A DNA stretch of 64,000 bases from Dendrobates tinctorius. Taxonomy: Eukaryota. Below, piece after piece: positions 63,193 to 64,000 of the stretch. The notes under the pieces are model-generated. The model was not told the DNA's origin. It worked only from the letters and a program-made list of their open reading frames with translations, and searched no databases. The stretch lies in assembly GCF_039654945.1 (NCBI RefSeq), contig NW_027361763.1, positions 10,788,001-10,852,000 of the forward strand, read 5' to 3'. The translations under genes and the position numbers were made by a program. Positions within the stretch are counted from its first letter, which is position 1. Each line of letters starts with the position of its first letter.

Positions 63193-63953
63193 TATGGCGA
63201 AACGGGGGTCAGTGGGAGCTCTCGTCCGCTCGCCCGGCTGTCTTTAGCAAGATTGCATGGACCAGGGCTCATACCACTGAACCCATGCTCTATCTCCCCA
63301 TGGGCAATTCACTACACAGACAACACAGGGTTAGGGTAATTCAGTGTGGCAATACTTTATTGACTCACAACTCTCAATAGCAAACAGATCAGTCCCAGCA
63401 AATACCCCAGATGATGCAAATTACAGGGTCACACCCTTTCGCTAACTCCCCAGGATTAGAGCTGCCTCCAGTGTTGATGAGCAGTCCTGTGTTCTTCCAG
63501 CCGGGTCCTTCATACCCTCAGCTGAGATCCTGAAGAGTCACACCTACTAGAAGGAAAAGTCTCTTTATATAGTGGCATATACCCTAACAAGTGTCCTTTC
63601 ATAGATAAGGGGAACAATGGTAATGAGATCAATAGCATTACTTGAATATTTAAACTATTTACATAGTTTTTCCCTCTCTGCTTTCGATGACAACAAACTG
63701 GCTCCGTAACACAATGCAAAGTTAGCATATCAGCAGACCTCACTATTGATCAAGGATGAGAGCACACTATGTTACATCAAAAAGCAGCTTATAATTCAAT
63801 ATCCCAGACTCACACAAACAAAAGTCTGTTTTCTTGACCAACCAGAAATCAACACTTAAATCCAAAAGCCAACAAACAGATCAAAAGTCAATTCTTCTTG
63901 GTTTGCTACACATGGTTGTCTGGGTAATTAAGATATCATCTGGTTTCTTCACA
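63193..63953. mobile_element. Solo LTR, 761 bp
   Basis: TATGGCGAAAC...GTTTCTTCACA; perfect 5-bp TSD TAGGG; left end resembles the LTR at 61278 (ACGGGGGTC, GCATGGACCA). Confidence 0.7.
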
Positions 63954-64000
63954 TAGGGGTATCAGCCGATTGAAGAGTTTGTGCAGGTTGGGGATAGATG

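Overview
Eukaryotic, repeat-dominated window; the element families and their style suggest a vertebrate, probably an anuran amphibian (inference). No host protein-coding gene is recognisable, and a 203-N assembly gap lies at 30208-30410. The main elements are: (1) an apparently complete 5.3-kb PIF/Harbinger transposon with a spliced, intact DDE transposase and a convergent 7-exon MADF/Myb-SANT gene; (2) a young Mag-type Gypsy LTR retrotransposon that is one 2-bp deletion from intact; (3) a near full-length CR1 LINE whose ORF1/ORF2 junction has the layout of a -1 ribosomal frameshift site; (4) a deep nest of Tc1 > Gypsy > hAT-like element carrying satellites; (5) a CR1 inserted antisense in another CR1; (6) further Tc1 copies, L2 fragments, tRNA-derived SINEs, MITEs, solo LTRs and minisatellites. 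The most unusual feature is non-coding, at 47.8-50.05 kb: a ~354-nt retrozyme-like unit with a minimal hammerhead ribozyme, split by a 1.76-kb Penelope-like fold-back insert (two ~700-bp, ~99% identical inverted arms) that has a second hammerhead in its loop. All calls come from reading the sequence by eye; no database searches were run.
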